A stretch of DNA of 64,000 nt. It comes from an archaeon. Lineage in GTDB: Archaea > Micrarchaeota > Micrarchaeia > Anstonellales > Bilamarchaeaceae. The position numbers and the translations under genes were made by a program. How positions within the stretch are numbered: position 1 is the first letter of the stretch; each line of letters opens with the position of its first letter. The notes beneath the pieces were generated by a model. The model was not told the DNA's origin. It ran no database searches and worked only from the letters and a program-made list of their open reading frames with translations. The DNA lies in contig JAGVNI010000007.1 of the NCBI GenBank assembly GCA_020053355.1, positions 5,557-69,556 on the forward strand, read 5' to 3'. Of the stretch, positions 36,626 through 47,316 are shown one piece after another.

Positions 36626-37783
36626 ATGGAATTCTACCTCAAGGCCATCCTCTGGCTCGTCATGGGCACACTCTTCGGGTTCGCAATCTACTTCGTTTTC
36701 CTGACTCCCGCCCAGCCTTCGCTGCCAATGCCCCCAACCAATGCGCCGCAGCAGAACGACACTATGCCCCAGATTCTCGAAACGGGCGCGGTGAATATCA
36801 CGATGGTGGATGCGCCGGGCTGCGACATTTGCAATGCCGAAGGGCTCATGCTGGAGCAGGTCAAGACGGTATTGCTTAAATCCGAGTTCCTCAGCGTAGG
36901 GACGTCGAAGCGGCTTCCGGGCGCATCAAGCGAGGCGCAGGCGCTGATATCCAGATACAATATCACCACGCTCCCGGCGGTAATCATCGAGGGTGAAGTG
37001 GCGCGCGATTCGGAATTCGTGGCGGCGTGGAAGGAGAGCGTCGGGTCGCTTGAGGGCGGGAAAGCGCTGGTGACACGGTTCGAATACCCGCCATATTATG
37101 ATCTGAAGAACAAGACAGTCGTCGGGCTCACCCAGGCAATCGGCATCAAGGCCTCAGGCTGCCTCGAATGCGGGGACCCGGGCCTTTTCATCTCGTCTTT
37201 GGAAAGCCAGCCCATATCCATGGCATTCACGGATTCGACGGTATACGAGGAGAACGACAGCCGGGCGCAGGCCCTGATAGCGCAATACAACATAACGAAG
37301 CTCCCGGTCCTCTTCCTCAGCGAGGGGGGCGCATCGGCATACCCTGTGTTCGCCCAGATAAAACCCATGGGCACAATCGAGGACGGCTGGTTCATACTGC
37401 GCGACGTCGTCCCGCCCTATGTGGACCTTGCAGACAACCGCTCAATCCGCGGCCTTGTCAAGGCGACGTACCTGGTCAATTCCTCGTGCGCCGACTGCTT
37501 CAACATAAGCTCGCTTTCCACTTACCTCTCGCAGACAAGCGGGGTCGTGATTGTGGACGAGAAGACGTACGAACTGGGTTCTGCCGAGGGCGCTGCACTT
37601 AGGGAGAAATACAACATCACGATGGTTCCCACGCTGATTTTCTCCCCAGATGTCAGGTACTACTACGAATTCGAGGAGGTCTGGAAGAACCAGAGCAACA
37701 CCGTGGAGCCTGACGGCTCGTTCGTTTTCCGCGCGCACGGGCTCCTTGGCAGCGTGGGGTACCAGAACGTCAGCAGCGGCTAG
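36626..37783 (+). CDS. membrane-anchored extracellular protein with three tandem thioredoxin-fold repeats
   Basis: N-terminal TM anchor; three ~110-aa repeats, each with CxxC (GCDIC, GCLEC, SCADC) followed ~37 aa later by a thioredoxin cis-Pro-loop-like block (ALISRYNITTLPAVII / ALIAQYNITKLPVLFL / ALREKYNITMVPTLIF); NIT sequon conserved in every repeat. Confidence 0.6.
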   Translation: MEFYLKAILWLVMGTLFGFAIYFVFLTPAQPSLPMPPTNAPQQNDTMPQILETGAVNITMVDAPGCDICNAEGLMLEQVKTVLLKSEFLSVGTSKRLPGASSEAQALISRYNITTLPAVIIEGEVARDSEFVAAWKESVGSLEGGKALVTRFEYPPYYDLKNKTVVGLTQAIGIKASGCLECGDPGLFISSLESQPISMAFTDSTVYEENDSRAQALIAQYNITKLPVLFLSEGGASAYPVFAQIKPMGTIEDGWFILRDVVPPYVDLADNRSIRGLVKATYLVNSSCADCFNISSLSTYLSQTSGVVIVDEKTYELGSAEGAALREKYNITMVPTLIFSPDVRYYYEFEEVWKNQSNTVEPDGSFVFRAHGLLGSVGYQNVSSG

Positions 37784-38802
37784 GCCACGCCCTGCCTTTC
37801 CCTAACCCGCCCCGCCCTGGGTTGCTGCTGGGTCTCCTGCGGCGGCGGCCCTTGCACGAGAATCGGCCTCCGTGACGGGACCACCGTCGGGGGCCGTGTT
37901 CGATACAGCGTGTCGATGTCCATCCTGGTTCCGCTAAGGACGCGGTAATAGTCGCGGTGGTTCAGCAGGTCCCGCATGGACATGGTCTCGGTATGCCCGC
38001 TGCCGTCGCGCTCTGTGATGACCAGATTCACGTCCCCCAGCACGAATCTGATGCCGTGGCTGTAATCATGGAACGTCTCCTCGTGCGGGATGGCTGCCGG
38101 CTGCGTTCCGGGAAGGTAAATCGCAACCCCCCTGTCCGCGACCTTGCGCCGGACGCCTTCCCGGTCGCTCACATACGCCCCAAGATTCGTCCCCGGGTCG
38201 TATATCACATCCTTCTTGTGCCCCGAGCGGATGATCCTCCTGGGCAGCGCACCGGAGTTCCCTTCTATCATGATGTTCTGCATCTGCGCAAATTCCGGAG
38301 ACCGGGTCAAGAATCCATCGACGTTGTTGACATCCCAGCGTATGCCCATCCTTGAAGCGATTGAAGGCGCGCCGAAGAACGGGACATACCCCCCAAGCCG
38401 TCTCGATTCGTCCCCGATTGTATCCACGAGCTGCATGGTGGGAAGGGCGAATCCGAAATGGTCCGCAATGCGCTGGGCCGTTATCGGGCTCATGGGAATC
38501 CGCGCGAAGTCCCCGTTGCTTCCGATGGCCAAATAATCCGGGCACACCCGCACCGTTGCCCTCACAGTCCGGTCCCCGATGGTCCGTGTTACTGTGATTT
38601 CCCTCCAGTTCTCGGGGCGCATGAAATCCGGGACGTTGCCGGCCATGAACTCGGCCTCTGCCCTCTCTTCGATGTACCTGCAGCGGGCGTCGAGCTCCTG
38701 CACGGACAACCTGTGAGGGTCGCCCATATAAGCCCGGGCGTTCTCCATGAACATGCTTCCTGTCACTGACCCAGGATTCCTTGGCGGTATCGGCGGTGCC
38801 AT
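37780..38802 (-). CDS. hypothetical protein with Pro/Gln-rich C-terminus
   Basis: 340-aa ORF, convergent with a 4-bp overlap to the Trx-repeat gene; no motif recognised. Confidence 0.35.
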   Translation of the reverse strand: MAPPIPPRNPGSVTGSMFMENARAYMGDPHRLSVQELDARCRYIEERAEAEFMAGNVPDFMRPENWREITVTRTIGDRTVRATVRVCPDYLAIGSNGDFARIPMSPITAQRIADHFGFALPTMQLVDTIGDESRRLGGYVPFFGAPSIASRMGIRWDVNNVDGFLTRSPEFAQMQNIMIEGNSGALPRRIIRSGHKKDVIYDPGTNLGAYVSDREGVRRKVADRGVAIYLPGTQPAAIPHEETFHDYSHGIRFVLGDVNLVITERDGSGHTETMSMRDLLNHRDYYRVLSGTRMDIDTLYRTRPPTVVPSRRPILVQGPPPQETQQQPRAGRVRERQGVA

Positions 38803-38847
38803 AAGCAGATTATACGAATGAAGCCATTAAAACAAAATCGCCGCCCG

Positions 38848-39933
38848 TCATTTTCCGATTTTATACTCGAGAAGCACATCTTTCCCGATTTTCCGGACTC
38901 TCGGTTTCGAAAGTGCCACCGCGTTTTCCATCCTGCCGATGCCGACACCCCCGATTACCGGCTTCGCGTCCCTGCCGCCGATTACTTTCGGCGCGATGAA
39001 AAGATACAGCCGGTCCACGATCCCGGCTTTCATTGCAAGCGCGTTCAATTCGCTTCCGCCTTCGATGAGGATTTTCCGGATTCCCATCGCGCCGAGCGCA
39101 ATCATGAGCTTCTTCAAATCCACCGAATCCCGTCCGCAAACGAGCACGCGCGCGCCTTCCCGTTGGATTGCGAGCGCTTTCGCCCTCTGCGCCTTCTCGC
39201 ATGCGACCACGATGGTCAACCCATCCCCGTTCCGCACGACCCTGCTGTCTATGCCGATATGGAGGCTCCCGTCGATGATTATACGGTGCGGGTTTTGTCC
39301 CAAGCCATGGGTTGTCAGTTCCGGATCGTCTTTTTCGACGGTTCCGGCCCCCACCATCACAGCATCGAAATCCTTGCGCATCCTATGGACGAGCGCTCTG
39401 GACTCCGGCCCGCTTATCCAGCGCGAATCATTTGTTCGCGTCGCGGTCTTCCCGTCCGCGCTCATCGCCATCTTTATCGCGACAAACGGCTTTTTCGAGA
39501 GTAATGCGATGTAGCGGCGGTTGATTGCCGCGGCTTCCTTCTGGTTTGTCGGCCCGGCAACAAGTATCCCGGCCTGCGAAAGCTCCTTCGCCCCAGCCCC
39601 GCCCGCAAGCGGGTTCGGGTCCCTCATCGCATATACGACTTTCGCGATTCCTTCGCGGATAATCGCCTTTGTGCATGGCGGCGTGCGTTTTGCCGTGTGC
39701 GAGCATGGCTCCAGCGTCACATAAAGCGCCGCCCCCCGCGCCGCGTGCGGGTTTCCCATCCTGCGTTTCGCGTCCTCAATAGCTTCAATCTCGGCATGCG
39801 GCTTGCCGGCAGCCTTGTGCCAGCCGGAACCGATGGCAATCCCGCCTTTCACCAGCACCGCCCCGACCCTTGGGTTCGGATGCGGATTCGCCTTCTTTGC
39901 AAGGCGGAAAGCCAGCCTCATATGTTCGTCCAT
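38848..39933 (-). CDS. ribD: bifunctional riboflavin biosynthesis protein RibD (pyrimidine deaminase / reductase), bacterial-type fusion
   Basis: CMP/dCMP-type deaminase zinc motifs HAEIEAI and PCSHTAKRTPPC, followed by a RibD C-terminal reductase domain; started at MDEHMRLAF (39933). Confidence 0.85.
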   Translation of the reverse strand: MDEHMRLAFRLAKKANPHPNPRVGAVLVKGGIAIGSGWHKAAGKPHAEIEAIEDAKRRMGNPHAARGAALYVTLEPCSHTAKRTPPCTKAIIREGIAKVVYAMRDPNPLAGGAGAKELSQAGILVAGPTNQKEAAAINRRYIALLSKKPFVAIKMAMSADGKTATRTNDSRWISGPESRALVHRMRKDFDAVMVGAGTVEKDDPELTTHGLGQNPHRIIIDGSLHIGIDSRVVRNGDGLTIVVACEKAQRAKALAIQREGARVLVCGRDSVDLKKLMIALGAMGIRKILIEGGSELNALAMKAGIVDRLYLFIAPKVIGGRDAKPVIGGVGIGRMENAVALSKPRVRKIGKDVLLEYKIGK

Positions 39934-39986
39934 CGTATCCCTTTCCGAAACCAACCATTCTAAGCTTTCCGCTCGCATTCTCCAAT

Positions 39987-40967
39987 ATGCGCCGCTACAA
40001 ACCCCTCAAAGACGAGCCGAGCGTGTTCGAAGCGCTTCCCATACTCCTGCTTATTATGATTGCGGCGTTCATCCCGGTCATCATCGTCCTCGGCCCCGCG
40101 GCCATCGACTATATCCGCTCCGCGGACTTCCAAATCCCGTCCTGGCTTCCGGAGTTCCCCGTGTTCCCCGTAACGCAAGGCAATGAGAGCCCGCCGCAGG
40201 CGCAACCCCAGACGCTCTCGCAAGATGCACAGCACTATTACTCCCTGAAAAACCTCTCCTGCAAGACCCTCGGCGTCAACTTCATGATTGAGGCGAAGGA
40301 TGTCGCGGCCGGAAGCATGCAGGGGCTTTCCGGGGCTGAAGAAACCCTCGCCGCCTCGATGCTCAAGGAATACGAAATCGACCAGACGACCCGCACCTAC
40401 GTCCGCGGGAGCATGATGAAGAAGGTCCTCATCACCCCCGCCGGAAACCACACGACCATCTGGAAGGACGGCCGCATCTACCAGTGCAACCCGAACTGCA
40501 CGATGAACCTCCTTGGCGATGCGGGCTGGCAGGCGTTCCTTGACAGCCTTGCGGAAATCCGCTCGGGCTGCGCGCATTTCGGGAGGACCGAACTGCCGCT
40601 ATCAATCAACCAATCCCGGCTCCTGACTATCGAAGACGGCGGCAGGACTGAAAAGAACGGCTTCCGCTGCGAGCTATTCCTGATTCGCGGGAACGCTGCA
40701 TATGCAAAATCGCTTATGAATTCCAGCATCCCCATGGATGAGGATGAGCGCGCGCTACTTTGGCTGCTGTCGCACCAGGCCGCGCCAATCCAGGAGTGCC
40801 TTGATGACGGGACGGGCGTCCTGGTTTTCCGGAACGTCACGCTCGACTTGACCCCGTCCTACAATTTCGATTACGCGCCCGGAGGCTACATGCATGTGAG
40901 CCAGCAGACCGACGTCACGTACTACACCGCCTATGTGCCGGAAACGTTCCTGGCGCTGCCGAAATGA
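39987..40967 (+). CDS. hypothetical membrane-anchored extracellular protein
   Basis: Start MRRYKPLKDEPSVFEALPILLLIMIAAFIPVIIVLG (one TM), then a Cys-containing domain with several N-x-S/T sequons; no motif recognised. Confidence 0.4.
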   Translation: MRRYKPLKDEPSVFEALPILLLIMIAAFIPVIIVLGPAAIDYIRSADFQIPSWLPEFPVFPVTQGNESPPQAQPQTLSQDAQHYYSLKNLSCKTLGVNFMIEAKDVAAGSMQGLSGAEETLAASMLKEYEIDQTTRTYVRGSMMKKVLITPAGNHTTIWKDGRIYQCNPNCTMNLLGDAGWQAFLDSLAEIRSGCAHFGRTELPLSINQSRLLTIEDGGRTEKNGFRCELFLIRGNAAYAKSLMNSSIPMDEDERALLWLLSHQAAPIQECLDDGTGVLVFRNVTLDLTPSYNFDYAPGGYMHVSQQTDVTYYTAYVPETFLALPK

Positions 40968-40968
40968 T

Positions 40969-41988
40969 TTATGCCGAACCGCTGGCATCATCCAGTGCGC
41001 CCGGGGGAAAATAGTCTATCACATGGTCATGGAATATCGGGAACGTCTCATACTCTGATATCATCTCACCGAAGCGCGTACGGAGTTCTATCAGGAACTT
41101 TTGGAATTCCTCCCTGCTTCCAAACTCGGCTTCGAGCCCGATTCTCCATCGGCCCAGCTGCCTCACAACGAACGTTACGTTGGGATGGTTCAGGAACTCG
41201 TCGAGCTGCTTCTCAAGCCCTGCATCGTATGCGTTCGTGCCGAGAAAGAGCATGTAGGATTCATGGCCGAGCTTGTTGGGATTTATCATCGCCCTGTACC
41301 CCAGGAGAATCCGGTTTTCCATCATCGCTTCCATCCGGTTCTGCACAGTCTTGTAGCTGACCGACAGCTTTGATGCAATCTCCGAATATGAAAGCGAGGC
41401 GTTTTTTGAGAATTCCCGGATGATTCTCCTGTCGAGCGCATCGAGCGAAACCACACGATTGAACTTCATCTCATGGAACAAGGTGCTTCCGCCCGGTTCG
41501 TATTCAGGTAGGATGTATGCCCTCTGCTGGTCCCTGACATTGATGTATACGAGAATCTCGTATCTCTGTATGTACGCGCCCCATCTCTCCAAAATGCCGC
41601 TAAACAACCGGTCGAAACTGAACTGGTCATCGCTGACCATGTTGATGACGAAATCCCAGTTTCCCCCGACCTCGCCGAGCCAGACCACATGCGGATTGGA
41701 TTTGAAATAATCTATGAACGCCTTCTTCTCCGGAGCAGATATCCTCCGAAGCTGGACGACGACCCTGAACCATCTCTTGCCGACTGCGGCCGAATCGAAA
41801 ATGGCAAGGAAACCCGAGATTACGCCCTCTTTCATCATGCGCTCAATCCGGTATTGCGCGACCTGTCTGGACACCCCGACTTTTCTAGCAAGCTGCTTGA
41901 TTGGCATCCGTACGTCCATATCCAGTACGCGGAGGATTTTTCTGTCCTTGAGATCGACCCTGGGGAGTTGGCCATCTGTTTTTTGCAT
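40969..41988 (-). CDS. tandem-duplicated Lrp/AsnC-family transcriptional regulator (two HTH+RAM units in one polypeptide)
   Basis: Two HTH_AsnC-type segments (DLKDRKILRVLDMDVRMPIKQLARKVGVSRQVAQYRI and LDALDRRIIREFSKNASLSYSEIASKLSVSYKTVQNRM), each followed by a RAM-like domain; ATG at 41988 chosen. Confidence 0.65.
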   Translation of the reverse strand: MQKTDGQLPRVDLKDRKILRVLDMDVRMPIKQLARKVGVSRQVAQYRIERMMKEGVISGFLAIFDSAAVGKRWFRVVVQLRRISAPEKKAFIDYFKSNPHVVWLGEVGGNWDFVINMVSDDQFSFDRLFSGILERWGAYIQRYEILVYINVRDQQRAYILPEYEPGGSTLFHEMKFNRVVSLDALDRRIIREFSKNASLSYSEIASKLSVSYKTVQNRMEAMMENRILLGYRAMINPNKLGHESYMLFLGTNAYDAGLEKQLDEFLNHPNVTFVVRQLGRWRIGLEAEFGSREEFQKFLIELRTRFGEMISEYETFPIFHDHVIDYFPPGALDDASGSA

Positions 41989-42053
41989 ATTTATGCATTT
42001 CAGTACATTATTTCTTATTTTCTTTCTATTTTGCAAAAATTATCAGAATAAGT

Positions 42054-42061
42054 TATATATC
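42054..42061 (+). promoter_or_regulatory. TATA-box-like element in an unusually AT-rich upstream region
   Basis: ttatatat inside the AT-rich 42001-42071 stretch, about 25-30 bp upstream of the in-frame ATGs at 42090/42102, consistent with a leaderless transcript. Confidence 0.35.
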
Positions 42062-42071
42062 CTCTAATTGT

Positions 42072-43433
42072 GTGAATCAAAATAACAAGATGGTGATTAT
42101 TATGACTTTGAAGGCTTATGCGGAGTCGGAGCTGAAGAAGGTTCTTGATGGAAGCATGGACCGGGATGCCTGCTTAAAGAAGCTGACCTCCTTCATCGGA
42201 GGGTTCTGCGTTGATTGTATTATCGATATTGATGAGAATAGCTGCCGCTTCAGATGGGAGGGACTGGAGGAATTGGACGAAATTATCTCATCCGATGTCA
42301 TGCCGGAACCGGTTCGGGCAGCGGCGCTTGCAACAAAAGAGGGGTTCTTCCGAAAGGAGCTCGAGTTCTTTTCAGGTGAGAAAGAGCAGAAAAAGGACCC
42401 GATGTGCTGTTTCCTTGCATTGGTCGAAATCTATAAAGGCATCCGGACATCCCCTGCCCTCAAGGAGCCCGCAGGGCGGGCCGCGCTCAAGGTTGTTGAG
42501 GACAACATCGTACACGGGAGGGGGTATATCGCCAATCACTCATACATATTCGATGTCCTGAGAGCATTTTACGGGAGGATTGTCTCGAACGAATTCATTC
42601 TGAGGACGCTTCTGGGCATTGCGAAGGACCGGGATTCCCCAATCCAGACGGAGGCGCGGAAACTCCTGGCCGATATCGTCGTTGACGCTAAAAAAATCGG
42701 TTATGAGACCTCCAGCGCGCCCAAAGCGGTGGATTTCGTCAAAGAGGATGTCATCGCCCGATGCGTTTCCAGAAGCGATGCCAAAACCCTCGGTTATTAC
42801 GCCCGATACAAGCCGTACAATTCCAATTATTGCGTAATACCGGATTCCATCCGTACGGCGTTCGGCCTTGGCCTGGCCGAAGTTCTTCTACGGAAGCTGG
42901 ATCTTGAGGGCCTTAAAGCGGTTTCGGAGAGTGATGATTACACGAAAGATGTCCGGGAAGCCGCGGCCGCGAAACTGGACCCGGCGGTGATTGATGCGGA
43001 GAAGGCGAGGCAGAAGGAAGAGCGAATCAAGAGGCTGCAAGCGCAAGTGGACCAGGCTTGGGATTCCGGCACAATCGATGGGATGTACTGCTACTCTCTG
43101 GAGTTGGCTAAAGAAACGGGGGTGCGCAACCCTGAGCAGTGGGCGTTGCTGGAGTCCATCTCCTTGTGCAGGAAAAGGGGCGATATCAAAAAGCTCGCAT
43201 CCTTCCTCGGCCGCAATGATATGGATGATATGAGCGTCCTTTTGGAGCTCAAAAACCTCGTGCAGAAGAAATTGGAGATGAACCTGCCTCAGCGGAAAGA
43301 GGCCGTGCCCAAAACCCGAGATGCGAATGGCAGCCTTCCGCTTCCGAAGCAGTTCCGGTGCGCCCCATCCCGAACCGAAAAATGCGATGCTGCCAGGCAG
43401 GCCGCATGCATGTCCGGAACGATGCGGAGATAG
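42072..43433 (+). CDS. hypothetical protein, compositionally atypical (lower GC)
   Basis: 453-aa ORF with visibly more A/T-ending codons (aaa, gaa, att, gat) than neighbouring genes; no motif recognised; start may be 42090. Confidence 0.4.
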   Translation: MNQNNKMVIIMTLKAYAESELKKVLDGSMDRDACLKKLTSFIGGFCVDCIIDIDENSCRFRWEGLEELDEIISSDVMPEPVRAAALATKEGFFRKELEFFSGEKEQKKDPMCCFLALVEIYKGIRTSPALKEPAGRAALKVVEDNIVHGRGYIANHSYIFDVLRAFYGRIVSNEFILRTLLGIAKDRDSPIQTEARKLLADIVVDAKKIGYETSSAPKAVDFVKEDVIARCVSRSDAKTLGYYARYKPYNSNYCVIPDSIRTAFGLGLAEVLLRKLDLEGLKAVSESDDYTKDVREAAAAKLDPAVIDAEKARQKEERIKRLQAQVDQAWDSGTIDGMYCYSLELAKETGVRNPEQWALLESISLCRKRGDIKKLASFLGRNDMDDMSVLLELKNLVQKKLEMNLPQRKEAVPKTRDANGSLPLPKQFRCAPSRTEKCDAARQAACMSGTMRR

Positions 43434-43466
43434 CAGCTTCTTTTCTTTCTTCCCTCACCCGACGCC

Positions 43467-45037
<1,571 letters not shown>

Positions 45038-45721
45038 TCAGTCCGCTTTGTTTGCCGCTTCGATGATTTCCTTCCCTTCGAGAAACACGAGTCCGTGCCT
45101 GGCTGCGTACGCCAGCGCATCGGCTTTCGGCAATGCTTTCCCAACACCTAACATCTCGCATAGGACCATCATCCCGCTGATGCCCGCTTGCCTTGCAAGC
45201 TCAAGGGAAAGCTCGGTATGCCCATGGCGCTTTTCGATGCCCCGGCCGATTAAAAGGAAGATGTGCCCCGGCGCATAGAAATCCGCCAGGAAGCGCGCAC
45301 GTTTCTCTTCAGCGCCGGTGCGGGATTCGGCGATATCCGCCAGGCTTCTGATTGTGAGCGAGCGATCGTTGTCGGTTATTCCTGTGTATACCTTCCGGTG
45401 GTTAACCTGGATTGAGAACGCTGGCTTGTCGCCGTATGCTGTCCTGACGCATTCCATTGCGGCAATCGGCAGCCTGGATGCCGAAAGCACGTCCGAATAG
45501 AACGGGAGTCCCAGCACCTCGGCAATCCCGTCATCAACAGCAAGGCAAATCAGGCCTCCCGCGTCTTTGCGGAGCGTTCGGATGACCCCCGGGCTGGCGT
45601 TTTGGGCATGCACGACAATATCCGCCTCGCCTTCGCGTTCATCGCCATCGTAAATCAGGACCATGCCGCCGGATTTGAGCGCGGCTGCGGCCTTTTCCAA
45701 TTCAGTCATAGAACCATTCAA
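45038..45721 (-). CDS. ribB: 3,4-dihydroxy-2-butanone 4-phosphate synthase
   Basis: RibB signature DGDEREGEADIV and conserved C-terminal region; 227 aa. Confidence 0.9.
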   Translation of the reverse strand: MNGSMTELEKAAAALKSGGMVLIYDGDEREGEADIVVHAQNASPGVIRTLRKDAGGLICLAVDDGIAEVLGLPFYSDVLSASRLPIAAMECVRTAYGDKPAFSIQVNHRKVYTGITDNDRSLTIRSLADIAESRTGAEEKRARFLADFYAPGHIFLLIGRGIEKRHGHTELSLELARQAGISGMMVLCEMLGVGKALPKADALAYAARHGLVFLEGKEIIEAANKAD

Positions 45722-45800
45722 CCTGTGCCTGCTTCACCTATTTATTGGTAGCTACTCGTTTTTTGGTAGCACATAACAATTTAAATTTAAACACAGAATC

Positions 45801-47294
45801 ATGCTAGAGGCTGGACGCATGACACTTTCAGGCTACCGCAAGGACCGACCGATGGTGCTGGGGCAGCACACCCCTATTTCCCTCGCCCGCGAAGGCGGCC
45901 TTTGGAAGCGGATTCCATTCCTAAAAGACAACGATGGCATGCTCCCGCCATTCATGATTGTCGTGGGGGACCGCAGGCGGGTCCTTGCTGCGGCGGCGCC
46001 TCTTGCCGACCACCTCCTTCTGCACAAGGAAGTCACCAACGCCGGCTGGGACGATGAAGCCGTGTTCAAGGACCGCATCAACTACGTTCTCACCCAGCTC
46101 AAGGGCATTCAGCTCGTGGCCCAGTCCTCAGGCCTCTTCCTTAACCAGGCTCCATCCGAGCACCTCTGCATGAATGTCCAAAATCCGGACAGGCCCCTTC
46201 CAGCGGCCGCAATCCAGCTGAGCGTGGGCGAGCTTGTGGCGCGAAGATGGTATGTGGATATCGCGCAGCTAATCAGCGAGCTCGAATGGCTTTTCAGCCC
46301 GAATGGCAAGCCCGAGCATTTCTCGCATAGCCGCCTTGCGACCGCACTCTCATCCCTGATTATCGATTCCACCTGGAAAACTGGCTATGATAATGTCTAT
46401 CATGGGCGAATCGTCAGGAGGCTTCAATACCTTGTGGATTACCTCAGTGCGGATGCCGGCCGCGTGAACCTCGCAGTCGGCGTCTTTGAATACATGGGCA
46501 AACCCCTGCCGCTCACGATACTCGAGACGCAGATGGGTTGCTCCGCCCAGGACATAAATGCCTGGGAAGCGCTCGTCAATTCGCGCGAGGATGGCTACAA
46601 GCTTGGCAGCATAGAGGTTCCGGCAAAGGGGCTGGTCACGATACGCGCAGGGACATGCGGAGGAATCATCATCCCGGACGGGAAAGGCGGGCAGCTCGAA
46701 GAGCCATTCGTCAATATCGGCGATGTCGTGAACGCCGAATACAGCTTCGCGGACGGCGCGACGGTCAGGCAGAGGGCCGGGGCATGGAGCAGCCTGAACA
46801 TGCAGGACCTTGAACGGTTTCGGAACTCTTGGGGCGCACAGACGGCGACGCATGTCGAAGGAAAAGCCGGGGAAGAACTCAACGCGGGATTCACGCGCGA
46901 CGGGCAATGGCCGGTAGTGCATTCATCCAAGGAAGTCGTCCGGGCGCTTGGCGAATCCTCGCGGGATTTGGGCCTCACATGCCACGAAGGGGGGAATTTC
47001 ACGAAAGAGTCGCTCTACCTTGAAAGCGACGAGGGGCGCGTAACTCGCCTGCGCAGCGAGTACGGGGCTCTTTCGACTGAAATGGAGCATTTCGGCCTCG
47101 CGCATCTTACGGAAGAGCTGACGCGTGTGGGCATACCCGCATCCAACGGCCTGATTTCGACCGTTGTCGGCACGGTTCCGGGCGGCTCGTTCGCCATGCC
47201 CGGAAGCAAGGAGGAAGAGAAGGCGAACGAGAGCCAGGGGCGCATGCTCGAATCGGCGATGCGCGCACTATGGAAAATAGCCTACGGCCAATGA
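45801..47294 (+). CDS. nucleoside phosphorylase superfamily (PNP/UDP family 1)-like protein, extended
   Basis: FMIVVGDRRRV N-terminal motif, glycine-rich GTCGGIIIP and a TEMEH block resembling the family-1 phosphorylase E-M-E motif; 497 aa with insertions. Confidence 0.4.
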   Translation: MLEAGRMTLSGYRKDRPMVLGQHTPISLAREGGLWKRIPFLKDNDGMLPPFMIVVGDRRRVLAAAAPLADHLLLHKEVTNAGWDDEAVFKDRINYVLTQLKGIQLVAQSSGLFLNQAPSEHLCMNVQNPDRPLPAAAIQLSVGELVARRWYVDIAQLISELEWLFSPNGKPEHFSHSRLATALSSLIIDSTWKTGYDNVYHGRIVRRLQYLVDYLSADAGRVNLAVGVFEYMGKPLPLTILETQMGCSAQDINAWEALVNSREDGYKLGSIEVPAKGLVTIRAGTCGGIIIPDGKGGQLEEPFVNIGDVVNAEYSFADGATVRQRAGAWSSLNMQDLERFRNSWGAQTATHVEGKAGEELNAGFTRDGQWPVVHSSKEVVRALGESSRDLGLTCHEGGNFTKESLYLESDEGRVTRLRSEYGALSTEMEHFGLAHLTEELTRVGIPASNGLISTVVGTVPGGSFAMPGSKEEEKANESQGRMLESAMRALWKIAYGQ

Positions 47295-47316
47295 CGGCGC
47301 GTAGCAGCCGGGCGCC

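Noticed and set aside
37780-38802. Possible papain/NlpC-like or viral-origin assignment for the 340-aa hypothetical
   Set aside because: Only scattered Cys/His/Asp residues and no ordered catalytic motif, so there is insufficient support. It is left as hypothetical.
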